Below, in pieces: positions 9,868-20,493 of a stretch of 64,000 nucleotides of DNA (the stretch's first letter is position 1; every line of letters starts with the position of its first letter). The notes under the pieces were generated by a model. The model saw only the letters and a program-made list of their open reading frames with translations. It had not been told where the DNA came from and made no database searches. The stretch is taken from positions 64,001 through 128,000 of the forward strand of contig CAVRJY010000001.1 in assembly GCA_963721805.1 (NCBI GenBank), in the 5' to 3' direction. This stretch comes from Nitrospirota bacterium. Lineage in GTDB: Bacteria; Nitrospirota; Thermodesulfovibrionia; Thermodesulfovibrionales; JdFR-86. The translations under genes and the position numbers were made by a program.

Positions 9868-11214
9868 TCAGCGCTTGGCGAGGGGCGGTACTGGCTTGTT
9901 GATCTTGACCGACGAGTAGAATGAAGGCCTGATGATCCTACCCTGTATGAGTTCCTCGATGCGGTGCGCGCTCCATCCCGCCACGCGCGCCATCGCGAAG
10001 ATCGGCGTGAAGAGGTCCACCGGGATGCCCATGCACTCGTAGACGAACCCCGAGTAGAAGTCCACATTGGTGCAGACGATCTTGTTCTTCTTTTCCTTCA
10101 CCACGCTCGGCGCGAGCCGGGCTATCATCCGGTACAGCGCGAACTCCTTCTCGCGGTTTGCGGCGCTCGCGAGCTCCCCGGCGCGCTTCTCTAAAAATAC
10201 CGCCCTGGGGTCCGTGCAGGTATAGACCGCGTGGCCCATGCCGTAGAGCTTCCCGGTGCGGTCCCCGGCCTTCTTGTCCATGATCGAGACGAGGTATGCG
10301 CGCGCCTCGTCCTCGTCCTCCCAGTCCCTGACCTTCTTCTTGATCTCGGTCATCATCCGCACTACCGCCTCGTTCGCCCCTCCGTGCAGGTGGCCCGAAA
10401 GCGAGCCGATCCCGGCGCATATGGCCATGTAGGTGTTGGCCCCCGAGGAGGTGACGCAGCGTGTTGAGAACGTGGAGTTGTTGCCCCCGCCGTGCTCGGC
10501 GTGGAAGATCAGCATCGTGTCGAACATCTCGGCCGTCGCGCGGTCGGGCACCTTGCCGGTGAGCATATAGAGGAAGCTCTCGGCCGTGCTCATGCCTGCC
10601 TCGGGCTCGATGATCTTGCCGCACCGCTCGCCCTGGTCGAGGTTGCGCGTGAGGTAGTTATATGCGATGATCGAGCCGAACTTGGCTATGAGGTCGATGC
10701 ACTGCCGGACGACGTCTTTGAGGTCCGTCGAGTTCGGGTTTTTGTCAAAGAGGTGCATAGCCGAGACTATCGTGTGCAGCGAGCCCATCTGGTCGTCGTG
10801 CTGCGGGCGGCAGTATACGATGCCCTTGGCCTCCTTGGGCAGAGCGCGGCGCTTGCCCAGCTCGCGCGAGAAGCTCTTGAGGTCATCCTTCGTGGGCAGC
10901 TCTCCGGTCAGGAGCAGGTATACCGTCTCCTCGTAGCCGAAACGGGCCTCCTCCTCCTTCGTCCGCACGAGCTCCTCGACGTCGAAACCGCAGTAGTAGA
11001 GCTTGCCGGGGATCGCGCGGATGCTCTCGCTGCCGTCCCCGCCGATCACGCGCTCGTAGCCGATCACCTGGCCCTTGCTCGTGATGCCGACGAACACCCC
11101 CGTGCCGTCATCGTTGCGCAGGCCGAGCTTGATGTTCTTTTCCCTGAGCAGCTTGGCATCGAGCTTGTCGTGCATCAGGGCAAGGTTTTCGACTTTTTTC
11201 AGTACGCTCTCCAT
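9868..11214 (-). CDS. gltA: Citrate (or 2-methylcitrate) synthase
   Basis: HAEHGGGNNST, GHLHGGAN, GMGHAVY..DPR and NVDFYSG catalytic motifs. Confidence 0.9.
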   Translation of the reverse strand: MESVLKKVENLALMHDKLDAKLLREKNIKLGLRNDDGTGVFVGITSKGQVIGYERVIGGDGSESIRAIPGKLYYCGFDVEELVRTKEEEARFGYEETVYLLLTGELPTKDDLKSFSRELGKRRALPKEAKGIVYCRPQHDDQMGSLHTIVSAMHLFDKNPNSTDLKDVVRQCIDLIAKFGSIIAYNYLTRNLDQGERCGKIIEPEAGMSTAESFLYMLTGKVPDRATAEMFDTMLIFHAEHGGGNNSTFSTRCVTSSGANTYMAICAGIGSLSGHLHGGANEAVVRMMTEIKKKVRDWEDEDEARAYLVSIMDKKAGDRTGKLYGMGHAVYTCTDPRAVFLEKRAGELASAANREKEFALYRMIARLAPSVVKEKKNKIVCTNVDFYSGFVYECMGIPVDLFTPIFAMARVAGWSAHRIEELIQGRIIRPSFYSSVKINKPVPPLAKR

Positions 11215-11339
11215 GAACCGTTATTTTAACGGTTTTCCCATTCTCGGCGCAACGGGGTGCCACGGGCACCTCTCCCTATTCGCGGGCAGATCCCCGCTCA
11301 CTTAGGGCCGTCCCGGCCCCGAGCACAATAACTATTAAT

Positions 11340-11516
11340 AATGCCGTTGACCTTGGGGGGCCCGGGGGGCGTCAGTTGGCTTCCACACCCCCGAAAGCGC
11401 GCCCAAATCGGCTTCAGACAAGGCAGGGCGAGAAGACCGCCCGATGGTGTACTTGGGCGTACATAGAGGGCGAGTCTTTGAAGCCCAACGCAGTATCAAG
11501 CGATTTGGAGCGCTTT
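11340..11516 (+). repeat. Long-hairpin element, copy 3 (core 11394-11516)
   Basis: ATGCCGTTGACC leader and full core, ending 1 bp from the stop codon of the TPR glycosyltransferase. Confidence 0.92.
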
Positions 11517-11517
11517 C

Positions 11518-13347
11518 CTACTGGGGATGAGAGAGTTGAGCCTCTGCCTTCTGCCTAAGTTCTCTGGTCTGGGTAAGTGTCGGGTCTATTGCCAGCGCCG
11601 CGTCGAATTCGCGGATCGCGGCCTCTGTCTGCCCGGTCTCCATATAGCATATCCCCAAGTTGTTGTGCGCCTCGGCCAGCCGCGGGTCAAGGCGTATAGC
11701 CTCCCTAAGCTCGGTGATCGCCTCTGAGGTCAGCCCCCCGGCGTAGAGCGCCGCGGCGAGGTCCGCGTGGCCCTGGGCATACCCCGGCTTCGCGGCCACG
11801 GCCTTGCGGTACATCGCTATGGCCTTGTATGTCTCGCCCTTGGCCTCGTGCGCCCGGCCGAGCTTGTCGTACACCTCCGAGAGGTCGGCGTTGATCCCGA
11901 GCACCGCCTTGAAGTGCTCGACGATCTCATCGTCATTGTCTGTAGCCTGCTCCGGCTGCGCGGCCGCCGGGCCCGTATCGAGCGTGTCGTGCGGCAGGGC
12001 GGATGCGGCCCGGTATTGCTCATCCGCGCGCGCGTTATCCCCGGCGGCACGGTACGCGATGCTCAGGTTGAAGTGAGGCCTTCGTTTCAGGGGCGACTTG
12101 CTGACGGCGTCGGACCAAAGCGAGATCTCGTCGTGCCAGACCGCGTTTCGCTCGTATGCCGCCACGCCGAGCGCGGCAACGAGCGCCGCAGAGACGACCA
12201 TAACGGCCCGCGGCCGGACGAACTCGAACCCGAGCGCGACCACGGCGATTATGATACCGGCCGAGGGCAGGTATGCCCGGTGCTCGAAGATCATGTCATT
12301 AAGCGGAAACACGCTCGACTCGACCGAGAGCGTGACGAAGAACCACCATACCCCGTATGCCGCGACCCGCAGCCCCGGCCTCCGGGTGCGGTATGCCCAT
12401 ACCGATGCGGCCAGCAGGAGTACCAGGAAGGCCGCGGATGCGAGCACCCTCGTATCGAGCAGGCTGCGGTAGACCGGCCAGTCGTAGTCGATGTTCTGGC
12501 CGGCCGGGAGGAAGATGAGCCGCAGGTACTCGGGGACGACCGTGATCTGGGTTATAAGGTAGTCGGCCCTCGTGAGGCCGGAGGCCGCACGGCCGGTAGC
12601 CGCGCTGATCGAGCCCCCGGAGGCCGCGATGGTCCAAAACGGTATGATGAGCATCGTGGCCAGGATCGGCGCAAGCGGCCTGAGCCTCTCGCGCCAGCCG
12701 CCCTCGAAGAATGCCGCCTCATAGAGCACGACCGCCACCGGCAGCGTAAAGGCGATCTCCTTGGTCATCATCGCACAGACCGCGCAGATTAAGGCAAGCG
12801 CGTAGCGCGCCAAACCGCCGCGGAGTCTCCATCCGGCATATGCCACGAGCGAGCCAAGATAGAACGCCGCACATAGCGAGGTGAAGCGCTGCGAGATGTA
12901 CGTCACGGCCTGCGTCTCGATCGGGTGCGCCGCGAAGAGCGCGGCCGCGATCAGGGCCGCGGCGGCGCGATGCGCCGAGAGCGTCGAGCCCCTCATGCGC
13001 GGCGTGGCGAGCATCAGCAGCACGAGCAGGTATACGAGCACCGAGTTGATGAAATGTATCGCGATGTTTACGAGGTGAAACCCGCGAAGCCCGTCCGCGA
13101 GCACATTGGCATAGAGCGTGAGGTACGCGACGTACCGCGTGCGGAGCGTATCGGTCACGTTGGAGTTCGTCATCATGCCGCGGTCGAACTTTGCAGGGTC
13201 CGGCCATAGCGTGAAGGACTTAAACCACGGGTTGCCCGGGATGTAGTCGCGGTCGTCGAGGTGGAACGATGCGTCGAGGGTGTTGGAATAGGCCGCGGCG
13301 CAGATCAGCAGCAGCAAGAGGATGCGGGGCCAGTGGCGGGTACTCAC
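11518..13347 (-). CDS. TMTC-like GT-C glycosyltransferase with C-terminal TPRs
   Basis: FHLDD, FHLVNIAIH, FAAHPIETQAVTYISQR, TKE, EHRAYLPS and RNAVW..SLW motifs, then TPRs. Confidence 0.85.
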   Translation of the reverse strand: MSTRHWPRILLLLLICAAAYSNTLDASFHLDDRDYIPGNPWFKSFTLWPDPAKFDRGMMTNSNVTDTLRTRYVAYLTLYANVLADGLRGFHLVNIAIHFINSVLVYLLVLLMLATPRMRGSTLSAHRAAAALIAAALFAAHPIETQAVTYISQRFTSLCAAFYLGSLVAYAGWRLRGGLARYALALICAVCAMMTKEIAFTLPVAVVLYEAAFFEGGWRERLRPLAPILATMLIIPFWTIAASGGSISAATGRAASGLTRADYLITQITVVPEYLRLIFLPAGQNIDYDWPVYRSLLDTRVLASAAFLVLLLAASVWAYRTRRPGLRVAAYGVWWFFVTLSVESSVFPLNDMIFEHRAYLPSAGIIIAVVALGFEFVRPRAVMVVSAALVAALGVAAYERNAVWHDEISLWSDAVSKSPLKRRPHFNLSIAYRAAGDNARADEQYRAASALPHDTLDTGPAAAQPEQATDNDDEIVEHFKAVLGINADLSEVYDKLGRAHEAKGETYKAIAMYRKAVAAKPGYAQGHADLAAALYAGGLTSEAITELREAIRLDPRLAEAHNNLGICYMETGQTEAAIREFDAALAIDPTLTQTRELRQKAEAQLSHPQ

Positions 13348-14757
13348 CTACCCGATCCTGTGGAGCTTAAGCAGGTTGGTCTTGCCCGTGCCGCCTATCG
13401 GCGCGCTGCCGGTGATGACTATAGAGTCCCCGCGCCTCACGAGCCGGGCGCGCAGGAGCGTCCGCTCGATCTCGCGGAAGCGTTCGTCGGTCGAACGCTG
13501 GTGCTTCATGAGCATCGGCACCACGCCCCAATATAGCGCCATCCTCCGCACCACGGCCTCAAACGGGGAGAACGCGATGACCGGCACTCCGGGGCGGAAC
13601 TTGCTTAAAAGCCTCGCGGTATACCCCGAGTGCGTAAACGCGACGACGTACCGCGCCCTGATATCGCGCGCCGCTGTGACCGCGGCCTCCGCGACCGCGT
13701 CGGAGTATGAGCCCTGCCCGCTGTAGCAGGAGGCCCCGCCATCGCCCTGCCCCTCGGTGGCCAGTATGATCCTGTCCATCATCGAGGCGGCCTTCACCGG
13801 GTAGCGGCCGGTCGAGGTCTCGGCCGAGAGCATCACCGCGTCGGAACCGTCGAGCACCGCGTTAGCGACGTCATTGGCCTCGGCCCTAGTGGGCGTGGTG
13901 TGCACGGTCATCGACTCGAGCATCTGTGTGGCGGTGATCACCGGTACCCCGGCCTCGTTGGCCCGCCGGATCAGCATCTTCTGTATGACCGGGACGCGCT
14001 CTGGCGAGAGCTCCACGCCCAGGTCCCCGCGCGCGACCATCAGGCAGTCCGAGGCCGCGATGATCTCGTCTATGTGCTCGAGCGCCTCGGGCTTCTCTAT
14101 CTTCGCGATCAGCGGGATGTCCGCCTTCTTCGCCCTGAGCGCCGCGCGGACGAGCTCTATGTCAGCCGCGCGCCGGACGAACGAAACCGCGACGTAATCC
14201 ATGCCGAGCTTGATGCCCAGGCTGAGGTCCCGCTGGTCCTTCTCCGTAAACGCGTGCAGGCGCACCGCGATGTCCGGGAGGTTCACGCCCTTGCGGTCTC
14301 GTAGCGGGCCGCCCTCGACCACGCGGGCCGTGAGGCAGCCCCGGCCCTTGCCGGTCACGACGAGCCTGAGCAGGCCGTCGTCTATAAGGATGCGGCAGCC
14401 CTCGCGGCCGTCGCGGACTATGCCCGGATAGGTGATGTATATCGTCTTGCCGTCGGAGGGTTCCGCGCCGGGCTTGATCGTGACCTCGTCGCCGCGGCGG
14501 AGCATGACCTCGCCGCCTATAACCGTGCCGGTGCGGATCTTGATCCCTTGGAGGTCCTGGAGCACGGCGATGGGCCGCTTGAGCTTGGCCGCGATGCGGC
14601 GGATGGTGTTGAAGGTCTCCGTATGCGTTGAGTGGTCGCCGTGCGAGAAGTTAAGCCGCGCCACGTCCATCCCGGCCCGGATCAGCCGCTCGATCATGGC
14701 GGCAGAAGAGCTTGCGGGCCCGATGGTGCAGATGATCTTGGTCTTACCGCTATGCAT
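13348..14757 (-). CDS. pyk: Pyruvate kinase
   Basis: TKIICTIGPAS, RLNFSHG, IAKIEK, MVARGDLGVE and TATQMLESM. ATG at 14757 preferred over GTG at 14772. Confidence 0.97.
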   Translation of the reverse strand: MHSGKTKIICTIGPASSSAAMIERLIRAGMDVARLNFSHGDHSTHTETFNTIRRIAAKLKRPIAVLQDLQGIKIRTGTVIGGEVMLRRGDEVTIKPGAEPSDGKTIYITYPGIVRDGREGCRILIDDGLLRLVVTGKGRGCLTARVVEGGPLRDRKGVNLPDIAVRLHAFTEKDQRDLSLGIKLGMDYVAVSFVRRAADIELVRAALRAKKADIPLIAKIEKPEALEHIDEIIAASDCLMVARGDLGVELSPERVPVIQKMLIRRANEAGVPVITATQMLESMTVHTTPTRAEANDVANAVLDGSDAVMLSAETSTGRYPVKAASMMDRIILATEGQGDGGASCYSGQGSYSDAVAEAAVTAARDIRARYVVAFTHSGYTARLLSKFRPGVPVIAFSPFEAVVRRMALYWGVVPMLMKHQRSTDERFREIERTLLRARLVRRGDSIVITGSAPIGGTGKTNLLKLHRIG

Positions 14758-14788
14758 ATACGAGTATATCACTTTCCCACATGCTGTT

Positions 14789-14853
14789 AAAGCGCACCAA
14801 ATCGCTTGATACGTCGTTAGGCATCGAAGACTCGCCCTCTATGTACGCCCAAG
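14789..14853 (-). repeat. Long-hairpin element, half copy
   Basis: AAAGCGCACCAAATCGCTTGATAC...TATGTACGCCCAAG, truncated at the apical loop. Confidence 0.85.
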
Positions 14854-14870
14854 CATGATTAGAGTTATGC

Positions 14871-14966
14871 GGTGAGCGGGGTTACACTCCGCGAATAGGA
14901 GAAGGTGCCCGTGGCACCTGAGCGGGTCCTCATCCCGCGAATAGAGAAAGGGGCCAGCCGGCCCCC
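14871..14966. repeat. Mosaic of short REP-like modules
   Basis: GAGCGGG..CCGCGAATAG twice, GGTGCCCGTGGCACC and GGGGCCAGCCGGCCCC; the same modules recur near 2326, 5405, 11257, 39973, 53270 and 54350. Confidence 0.7.
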
Positions 14967-14972
14967 ACCCCC

Positions 14973-15001
14973 TTGACATGGGGGATTAGATAGGGTATCT
15001 T
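14973..15001 (+). promoter_or_regulatory. Putative sigma70 promoter for rho
   Basis: TTGACA-17 bp-TATCTT. Confidence 0.55.
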
Positions 15002-15202
15002 AAATATAGTTGTAGATGGCAGCCTTCAGTTTAATAGGGGAATCCCAGAGCCGATTGTAATCCCGAAAGCGCGCACCCTCAGCGGAAAATTTGATAGCCG
15101 CGCTGAGCGCGATATAAATAGGGATACGGCACAAACAAGCCAGCATTAAAACCCACACTCGTTGATAGCCGGGCGAAATGCACTAAAAGGAGCAGACCAC
15201 AA

Positions 15203-16471
15203 ATGGCCGTCGTAGCAAACATATCCATAGCAGACCTCATCAAGATGACGATCGCCGAACTCACGCAGCTCGCAACCGACCTCAACGTCGAGGGCGCCTC
15301 CGGCCTCCGCAAGCAGGACCTCATATTCGCGGTCATGCAGGCGCAGGTCGAAAAGAGCGGCAACGTGTTCGGGGCCGGGGTGCTCGAAATCCTCCCCGAC
15401 GGGTTCGGGTTCATGCGCTCGCCGGACTACAGCTACCTGCCCGGGCCGGACGACATCTACGTCTCGCCCTCGCAGATCAGGCGCTTCAGCCTCCGCACCG
15501 GGGACTTCGTGACCGGTCAGGTCAGGCCCCCGAAGGAGAACGAGCGGTACTTCGCGCTCCTCAAGGTCGAGTCGATCAACCACTCGTCGCCCGAGGAGGC
15601 CGTGGGCCGCGCGCTGTTTGATAACCTCACGCCTTATTACCCGACCGAGAAGTGGAACCTCGAAACCGAGGCGGACGAGTTCTCATGCCGCGTCATGGAG
15701 CTCATCACCCCCGTCGGCATGGGCCAGCGCGGCCTGATCGTCGCCGCACCGCGCACCGGCAAGACCGTGCTCCTGCAGTCCATCGCCAAGGCCATAAAGA
15801 AGAACCACGTCGACGCGCACCTGATCATACTCCTGATCGACGAGCGGCCCGAGGAGGTCACCGACTGGAAGCGCCAGGTGCCGGGGGCCGAGATCATCAG
15901 CTCGACGTTCGACGAGCCGCCACATCGCCACACGCAGGTCGCCGAGATTGTCATCGAGCGCGCCAAGCGCCTGACCGAGACCGGCCGCGACGTCTGCATC
16001 CTGCTTGACTCGATTACGCGCCTCGCCCGCGCATACAACGCCGTGATGCCCGCATCGGGCAAGATCCTCTCGGGCGGCCTCGATAGCAACGCCCTGCAGA
16101 GGCCCAAGCGCTTCTTCGGCACCGCGCGCAACATCGAGGGCGGCGGCAGCCTGACGATCCTCGCCACCGCGCTCGTCGATACCGGCTCGCGCATGGATGA
16201 CGTCATATTCGAGGAGTTCAAGGGCACCGGCAACATGGAGCTCCACCTCGACCGCAAGCTCATCGACAAGCGCATATTCCCGTCCATCGACATCAACGGC
16301 TCGGGCACGCGCAAGGAAGAGCTCCTCGTGGATAAGGACACGCTGAATAAGATGTGGATCCTGCGCAAGGTCCTCAACCCCCTGAGCACCGTCGAGAGCA
16401 TGGAGTTCCTGCTGGGCAAGCTCAAGAGCACCAAGACTAACAAAGAATTCATCGAGAAGATGAACAAGTAA
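15203..16471 (+). CDS. rho: Transcription termination factor Rho
   Basis: [46 protein letters not shown] and [12 protein letters not shown]. Confidence 0.98.
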   Translation: MAVVANISIADLIKMTIAELTQLATDLNVEGASGLRKQDLIFAVMQAQVEKSGNVFGAGVLEILPDGFGFMRSPDYSYLPGPDDIYVSPSQIRRFSLRTGDFVTGQVRPPKENERYFALLKVESINHSSPEEAVGRALFDNLTPYYPTEKWNLETEADEFSCRVMELITPVGMGQRGLIVAAPRTGKTVLLQSIAKAIKKNHVDAHLIILLIDERPEEVTDWKRQVPGAEIISSTFDEPPHRHTQVAEIVIERAKRLTETGRDVCILLDSITRLARAYNAVMPASGKILSGGLDSNALQRPKRFFGTARNIEGGGSLTILATALVDTGSRMDDVIFEEFKGTGNMELHLDRKLIDKRIFPSIDINGSGTRKEELLVDKDTLNKMWILRKVLNPLSTVESMEFLLGKLKSTKTNKEFIEKMNK

Positions 16472-16504
16472 CTAGCGCGATTTCGCTCGTATAACGAAAC
16501 CACA

Positions 16505-16527
16505 GGGGGGCCGATAGGCCCCCCTTT
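16505..16527 (+). terminator. Terminator-like mini-hairpin after rho
   Basis: GGGGGGCC-GATA-GGCCCCCC-TTT. Confidence 0.6.
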
Positions 16528-16563
16528 CATTTGGTCACTCATCACCGCTCTCGCCCATTTTCC

Positions 16564-16905
16564 AAAGCGCTCCAAATCGCTTGATACTGCGTTGGGCATC
16601 GAAGACTCGCCCTCTATGTACGTCACAGTACACCATCGGGGTGCCACGGGCACCTCTCCTGAAGAAAGGGCCAGTCGGCCCCTTGTCTGAAGCCGATTTG
16701 GGCGCGCTTTCGGGGGGCACGGATGAAGGACGCCCCCCGCGCCCCACGTGGTCAAAAGCATGTTCTGATGTCCGCGCTTAGGCATACATACGCATACCGC
16801 GCGCGCGTTTTATTTTAGAGTGTTCGGATATTGGGGGCAAAAGCGAGCCTAATCCGGCGGATTTAAAGGGATTTATGCGATCTCCCGCGTTCGGATGTTC
16901 GGATG
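16564..16905 (-). repeat. Long-hairpin element, copy 4 (core 16564-16710 with internal mini-hairpin cassette) plus partial ATCCGAACA arm
   Basis: The core matches the consensus; 16750-16905 is the reverse complement of the arm seen at 43180-43340 and 60827-60988. Confidence 0.9.
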
Positions 16906-17042
16906 TTTTGGCCGAAAATCGGGCAATCATAAGCCGCTCAATCAAACGCATTTTCCCTACTGAGCGCCTAGCCCGCCCAACCACTCCCCTCGCTAATATG
17001 GCCTGTGTATATCCCATACGCGCGATGATAAACCAAGCGGTC

Positions 17043-17100
17043 GGAACTGCGCCATGGGAACTGGTTCCATGGAACCAGTTCCTAGGAGTTGGTTCCGGTG
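17043..17100. repeat. 14-bp-period palindromic tandem repeat
   Basis: Units start at 17043, 17057, 17071 and 17085; perfect 26-bp palindrome GGAACTGGTTCCATGGAACCAGTTCC at 17057-17082. Confidence 0.7.
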
Positions 17101-18300
17101 TGTAAAGGTTACGCTCTTACCGGACAGTATCAGGCTGGAAAAAGCAGGCGGCAGCCAGCCCTTCCATCGGTTAGAATGTTTCACCACAAAACACAGACCG
17201 AAGGAGGAAGGGCATGACTGCCAAAGAAAAGATATCACAAGGGAGGCTTTCAATGCTTCAGCTGGCCGAGAGGCTCAGGAACGTGTCGGAGGCCTGTCGC
17301 CGCCGGGGGGTGAGCCGCAGCCAGTTTTACGAGTACAAGCGGGCGTTTCAGGAGCAGGGGTTTGCGGGGCTCGCGGACCTTCCGCCGATAGCGCGTAGCT
17401 GTCCCCACAAGACGCCTGAGGAGGCCCGCAAGCGAGTGATCGAGATGAGCCTTGCTCACCCCCGGTGGGGGAAGCAGCGCATCTTCGAGCACCTGCTTCT
17501 GGAGGGCATATTGGTGCGTCCCTCAACTGTGTATCGCATCCAGGTTCGCGAGGGGCTGGAGTCGAAGGCCAAGCGCATCCTCCGGCTTGAGCAGGAGGCT
17601 AACGGCAAGGAGATCGAGCTAACGGAGGAGCAGGTCAAGCTCATCGAGCGGGCCAATCCGTGCTTCAGGGAAAGGCATGTGGAGAGCGCATATCCGGGCT
17701 ATCTGCTCAGCCAGGACACCTTCACGGTGGGCAAGCTCAAGGGCATCGGGACCGTGTATCTGCAGGCCGTGGTGGACACGTACGGCTCTTATGCCTTCGG
17801 CAAGCTGTACACGTCGAAGAGGCCCGAGACGGCGGCCGACGTGCTCTACGACCGCGTGCTGCCGTTTTACGAGGACCATGGCATCAGGGTCCAGCATGTC
17901 CTGACGGACAACGGCTCGGAGTACTGCGGCAAGCTGCTGCGGCATCCGTACGAGCTGTTTCTGGCGCTTCACGACATCGCGCATCGAAGGACGAAGGTGG
18001 CGACACCGAGGACAAACGGATTCGTGGAGCGGTTTAATCGCACCATCCTGGACGAGTTCTTCTCGGAGACGTTCAGGTACCGGTTCTACGCATCGCTCGA
18101 TGAGCTGCAGTATGACCTCGACCGGTGGCTGCACCACTACAACAACGAGCGCCCTCACAAGGGCTATCGCAACATGGGCAGACGGCCAATAGAAACTATC
18201 GAGCTGGGCAAAAAGCTAAGACAGAAAGCTGAGGAGGAGGCCGCCTGATCAGTGCGACCGATGAGATGGAAAACTGTCCGGAGAGCACTGGACTTTTACA
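17101..18300 (+). mobile_element. IS481-family insertion sequence (1200 bp)
   Basis: TGT...ACA ends with imperfect ~28-bp TIRs (TGTAAA..CCGGACAGT); 8-bp direct repeat TTCCGGTG at 17093-17100 and 18301-18308. Confidence 0.92.
17214..18248 (+). CDS. IS481-family DDE transposase
   Basis: N-terminal HTH (NVSEACRRRGVSRSQFY) and rve core QDTF, TDNGSEY, TNGFVERFNRT, YNNERPH. Confidence 0.95.
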   Translation: MTAKEKISQGRLSMLQLAERLRNVSEACRRRGVSRSQFYEYKRAFQEQGFAGLADLPPIARSCPHKTPEEARKRVIEMSLAHPRWGKQRIFEHLLLEGILVRPSTVYRIQVREGLESKAKRILRLEQEANGKEIELTEEQVKLIERANPCFRERHVESAYPGYLLSQDTFTVGKLKGIGTVYLQAVVDTYGSYAFGKLYTSKRPETAADVLYDRVLPFYEDHGIRVQHVLTDNGSEYCGKLLRHPYELFLALHDIAHRRTKVATPRTNGFVERFNRTILDEFFSETFRYRFYASLDELQYDLDRWLHHYNNERPHKGYRNMGRRPIETIELGKKLRQKAEEEAA

Positions 18301-18350
18301 TTCCGGTGGAGTCTTTGACAAAAAATCTTTTAGTCTTTTCTGGCATTCAA

Positions 18351-19154
18351 TTATTTATCAAAAGGGCTATTGCGGTAATTCACAAGATCCTCGGCGGTCA
18401 TTTCCTTCGGTGGAACAAGACGATAATGTTTTTCAGTCGCTATGCCGATACCATTGCTGCCTTCCTCGAAAGCGAATAGTGCGATCAAGTTGTCCTCCAT
18501 GAATTGCGTCGCAATGGGTCGACATACAAGAGCGGGGAACTTCGCAGCACACATAGCGAAGTCCTGTTCTATCTGCACGATTCCTAGCTGATCCTTTCCA
18601 CCTTTGGCCTGCACAGGGAAGACATATTGAGCCCCGCGCCGATCAACTCCTATATAAAGTTCGTCGGTCTCAATCTGGCCCATTCCTGCAACAGTCGTTC
18701 TCAAATGGCTCTGCAAGGCGTAACAAGTTACGCCGGTAAAGATGTCTATGAGCCTGTTATAGCGCACCTTTGCAAGCAGAGCCTGCTCATCGCTCAAGGC
18801 ATACATCATGATGATTCCTGGAGTGGCGTCCGGTATTTTTGTCTCTGTCAACAATTCATTGGGGTTTATCCGTGGCAACGAGGTAAGCGAGAATTCATAA
18901 CGGGCGGTACCTACTGGCCGTATGACCCATTCCAAACCCTCCGGAGCAAGTTTACGGATGGAATCCGGCAGGGCCGCCCTGTACCGAAAAGTGTAAACAA
19001 TATCGCCAAGATTTTTCGGTAGAACGATACCCAGTTCCTGAGCGGTTCTTACGATCTCTTCTCTTTCGAAAGAGACTTCCGTGGCCATTGCGGTGTAGTG
19101 GCGTTCAAATATCTTTTCGATAAGCTGAGTGTATCTATTTTTACCCTTAGCCAT
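18351..19154 (-). CDS. Putative type II restriction endonuclease (PD-(D/E)xK-like)
   Basis: QIETDELYIG...PVQAKG nuclease-like motif; overlaps the MTase stop; AT-rich. Specificity not identifiable by eye. Confidence 0.7.
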   Translation of the reverse strand: MAKGKNRYTQLIEKIFERHYTAMATEVSFEREEIVRTAQELGIVLPKNLGDIVYTFRYRAALPDSIRKLAPEGLEWVIRPVGTARYEFSLTSLPRINPNELLTETKIPDATPGIIMMYALSDEQALLAKVRYNRLIDIFTGVTCYALQSHLRTTVAGMGQIETDELYIGVDRRGAQYVFPVQAKGGKDQLGIVQIEQDFAMCAAKFPALVCRPIATQFMEDNLIALFAFEEGSNGIGIATEKHYRLVPPKEMTAEDLVNYRNSPFDK

Positions 19155-20493
19155 AGGTTCCTCCGGTTCGTTTTCCATTTCGTCGGCCAGTCAGCTTACT
19201 CGGTCCTGGCCATCTTAAAATAACGACTTCCTCGCGCATTTGCTTCTTTGTAGATGTGGCAATTCGTGTGCGAAACAAGTCGATACCGATAAGTTCATAA
19301 CCCTGAGAAACCGCTATGTCAGCCAATAACTGGCCCGTTCGTATCATCACCTGAAGATATGATGCCTGATCCCCTACGACATATCCGAGGTGTGCGCCGG
19401 GCTTCAAGAAAGGGCGGAGTTCGTCAAGGTGACGCGCCATGCCGCCGAAATACAGTTTTGTAACTTTTCCGTATAATTTTTCAAAGCCAGATGTTTTCCC
19501 AAGTTCGATTCTTTTATTTTCTATTTCTTTAGCGATAGCCTGTATATCCTTATTTTTTTCGACCCATTTATCATCATCGTCTCCTTTGTAAACATTCCGG
19601 GTATTGGAGCGGAGAAGTCCTTTTTTGAGTGCTTGAAGTTCAGCCTTGTTATTGATGAATCCAAGCAGAACGGATTCTAGTCTTGTGGTGCGAGTATAGT
19701 CTTTCTCGTTCGGATATGGTGGGGATGTGAAAACGGCATCGATGGAATTAGGTTGCAGTACCTCACCAAAGTGTCTGGAATCGGCATGGAAGACGGTTGC
19801 CGGAACCTGTGCCCTCTTCACAGAACGAAGGTCATCGGCCATGATCCGGACTTCATCAAGCCATGATTCTATAACAGGAGCGTCTAGTTTCTTCTTGGGA
19901 TGAACCCCGACTTCGGGACCGAAGTGAAGGTTGCTTATAGAGAAGACCAGTGCTTTTGCGAGAGCAAGGGACGCATGTCTGTTATATCTTTCGTCTTGGA
20001 GTTTGTGCATTTGCTCCAAAAGAATAATGGTCTTGTGCAGTGGGTGAGGACTGATGGAGTCCTTTAAAAGTAGCTTTATGGTCTCTTGAGATAGAGACCG
20101 CAATTTTCTTCTGCCCCAAGAAGCTATAAGCCTGTTGGCCTCTTCTGCTATCGTTTCCGCATATGCGATAAGATCATCAGGATTAATTCCCCAGTCCAGC
20201 TTAACACCACTAGCAAAGAAGGGCATATGATTGGCTTCGATGCCTATACTAGGTATTCCGTTCAACTTGGCTTCGATAATTGTTGTCCCTGTTCCACAGA
20301 AAGGATCAAGAATTGTGCTTTTATGATTGAGATTAAATTTATTTATGTATTCACGAACAAGATGGGGTGGAAAGGAAAGGACAAAGCGATACCAGTCATG
20401 AAATGCTCGGTCTGTCACTTGAAGTTTATTTGCAGTTCCGTTTGTTCTTTTCGGAGCGATTTCCGTTATTGTTGTAACTGGATTAGTTTGCAC
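19147..20493 (-). CDS. Amino-DNA methyltransferase (SPPY; motif I before motif IV; likely m4C)
   Basis: LDPFCGTGTT followed by FTSPPY. Confidence 0.88.
   Translation of the reverse strand: MQTNPVTTITEIAPKRTNGTANKLQVTDRAFHDWYRFVLSFPPHLVREYINKFNLNHKSTILDPFCGTGTTIIEAKLNGIPSIGIEANHMPFFASGVKLDWGINPDDLIAYAETIAEEANRLIASWGRRKLRSLSQETIKLLLKDSISPHPLHKTIILLEQMHKLQDERYNRHASLALAKALVFSISNLHFGPEVGVHPKKKLDAPVIESWLDEVRIMADDLRSVKRAQVPATVFHADSRHFGEVLQPNSIDAVFTSPPYPNEKDYTRTTRLESVLLGFINNKAELQALKKGLLRSNTRNVYKGDDDDKWVEKNKDIQAIAKEIENKRIELGKTSGFEKLYGKVTKLYFGGMARHLDELRPFLKPGAHLGYVVGDQASYLQVMIRTGQLLADIAVSQGYELIGIDLFRTRIATSTKKQMREEVVILRWPGPSKLTGRRNGKRTGGTYG

Noticed and set aside
11394..11516. Hairpin element as an integron attC site
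   Set aside because: It lacks RYYYAAC/GTTRRRY ends, copies are in both orientations rather than a tandem array, and there is no intI in the window.
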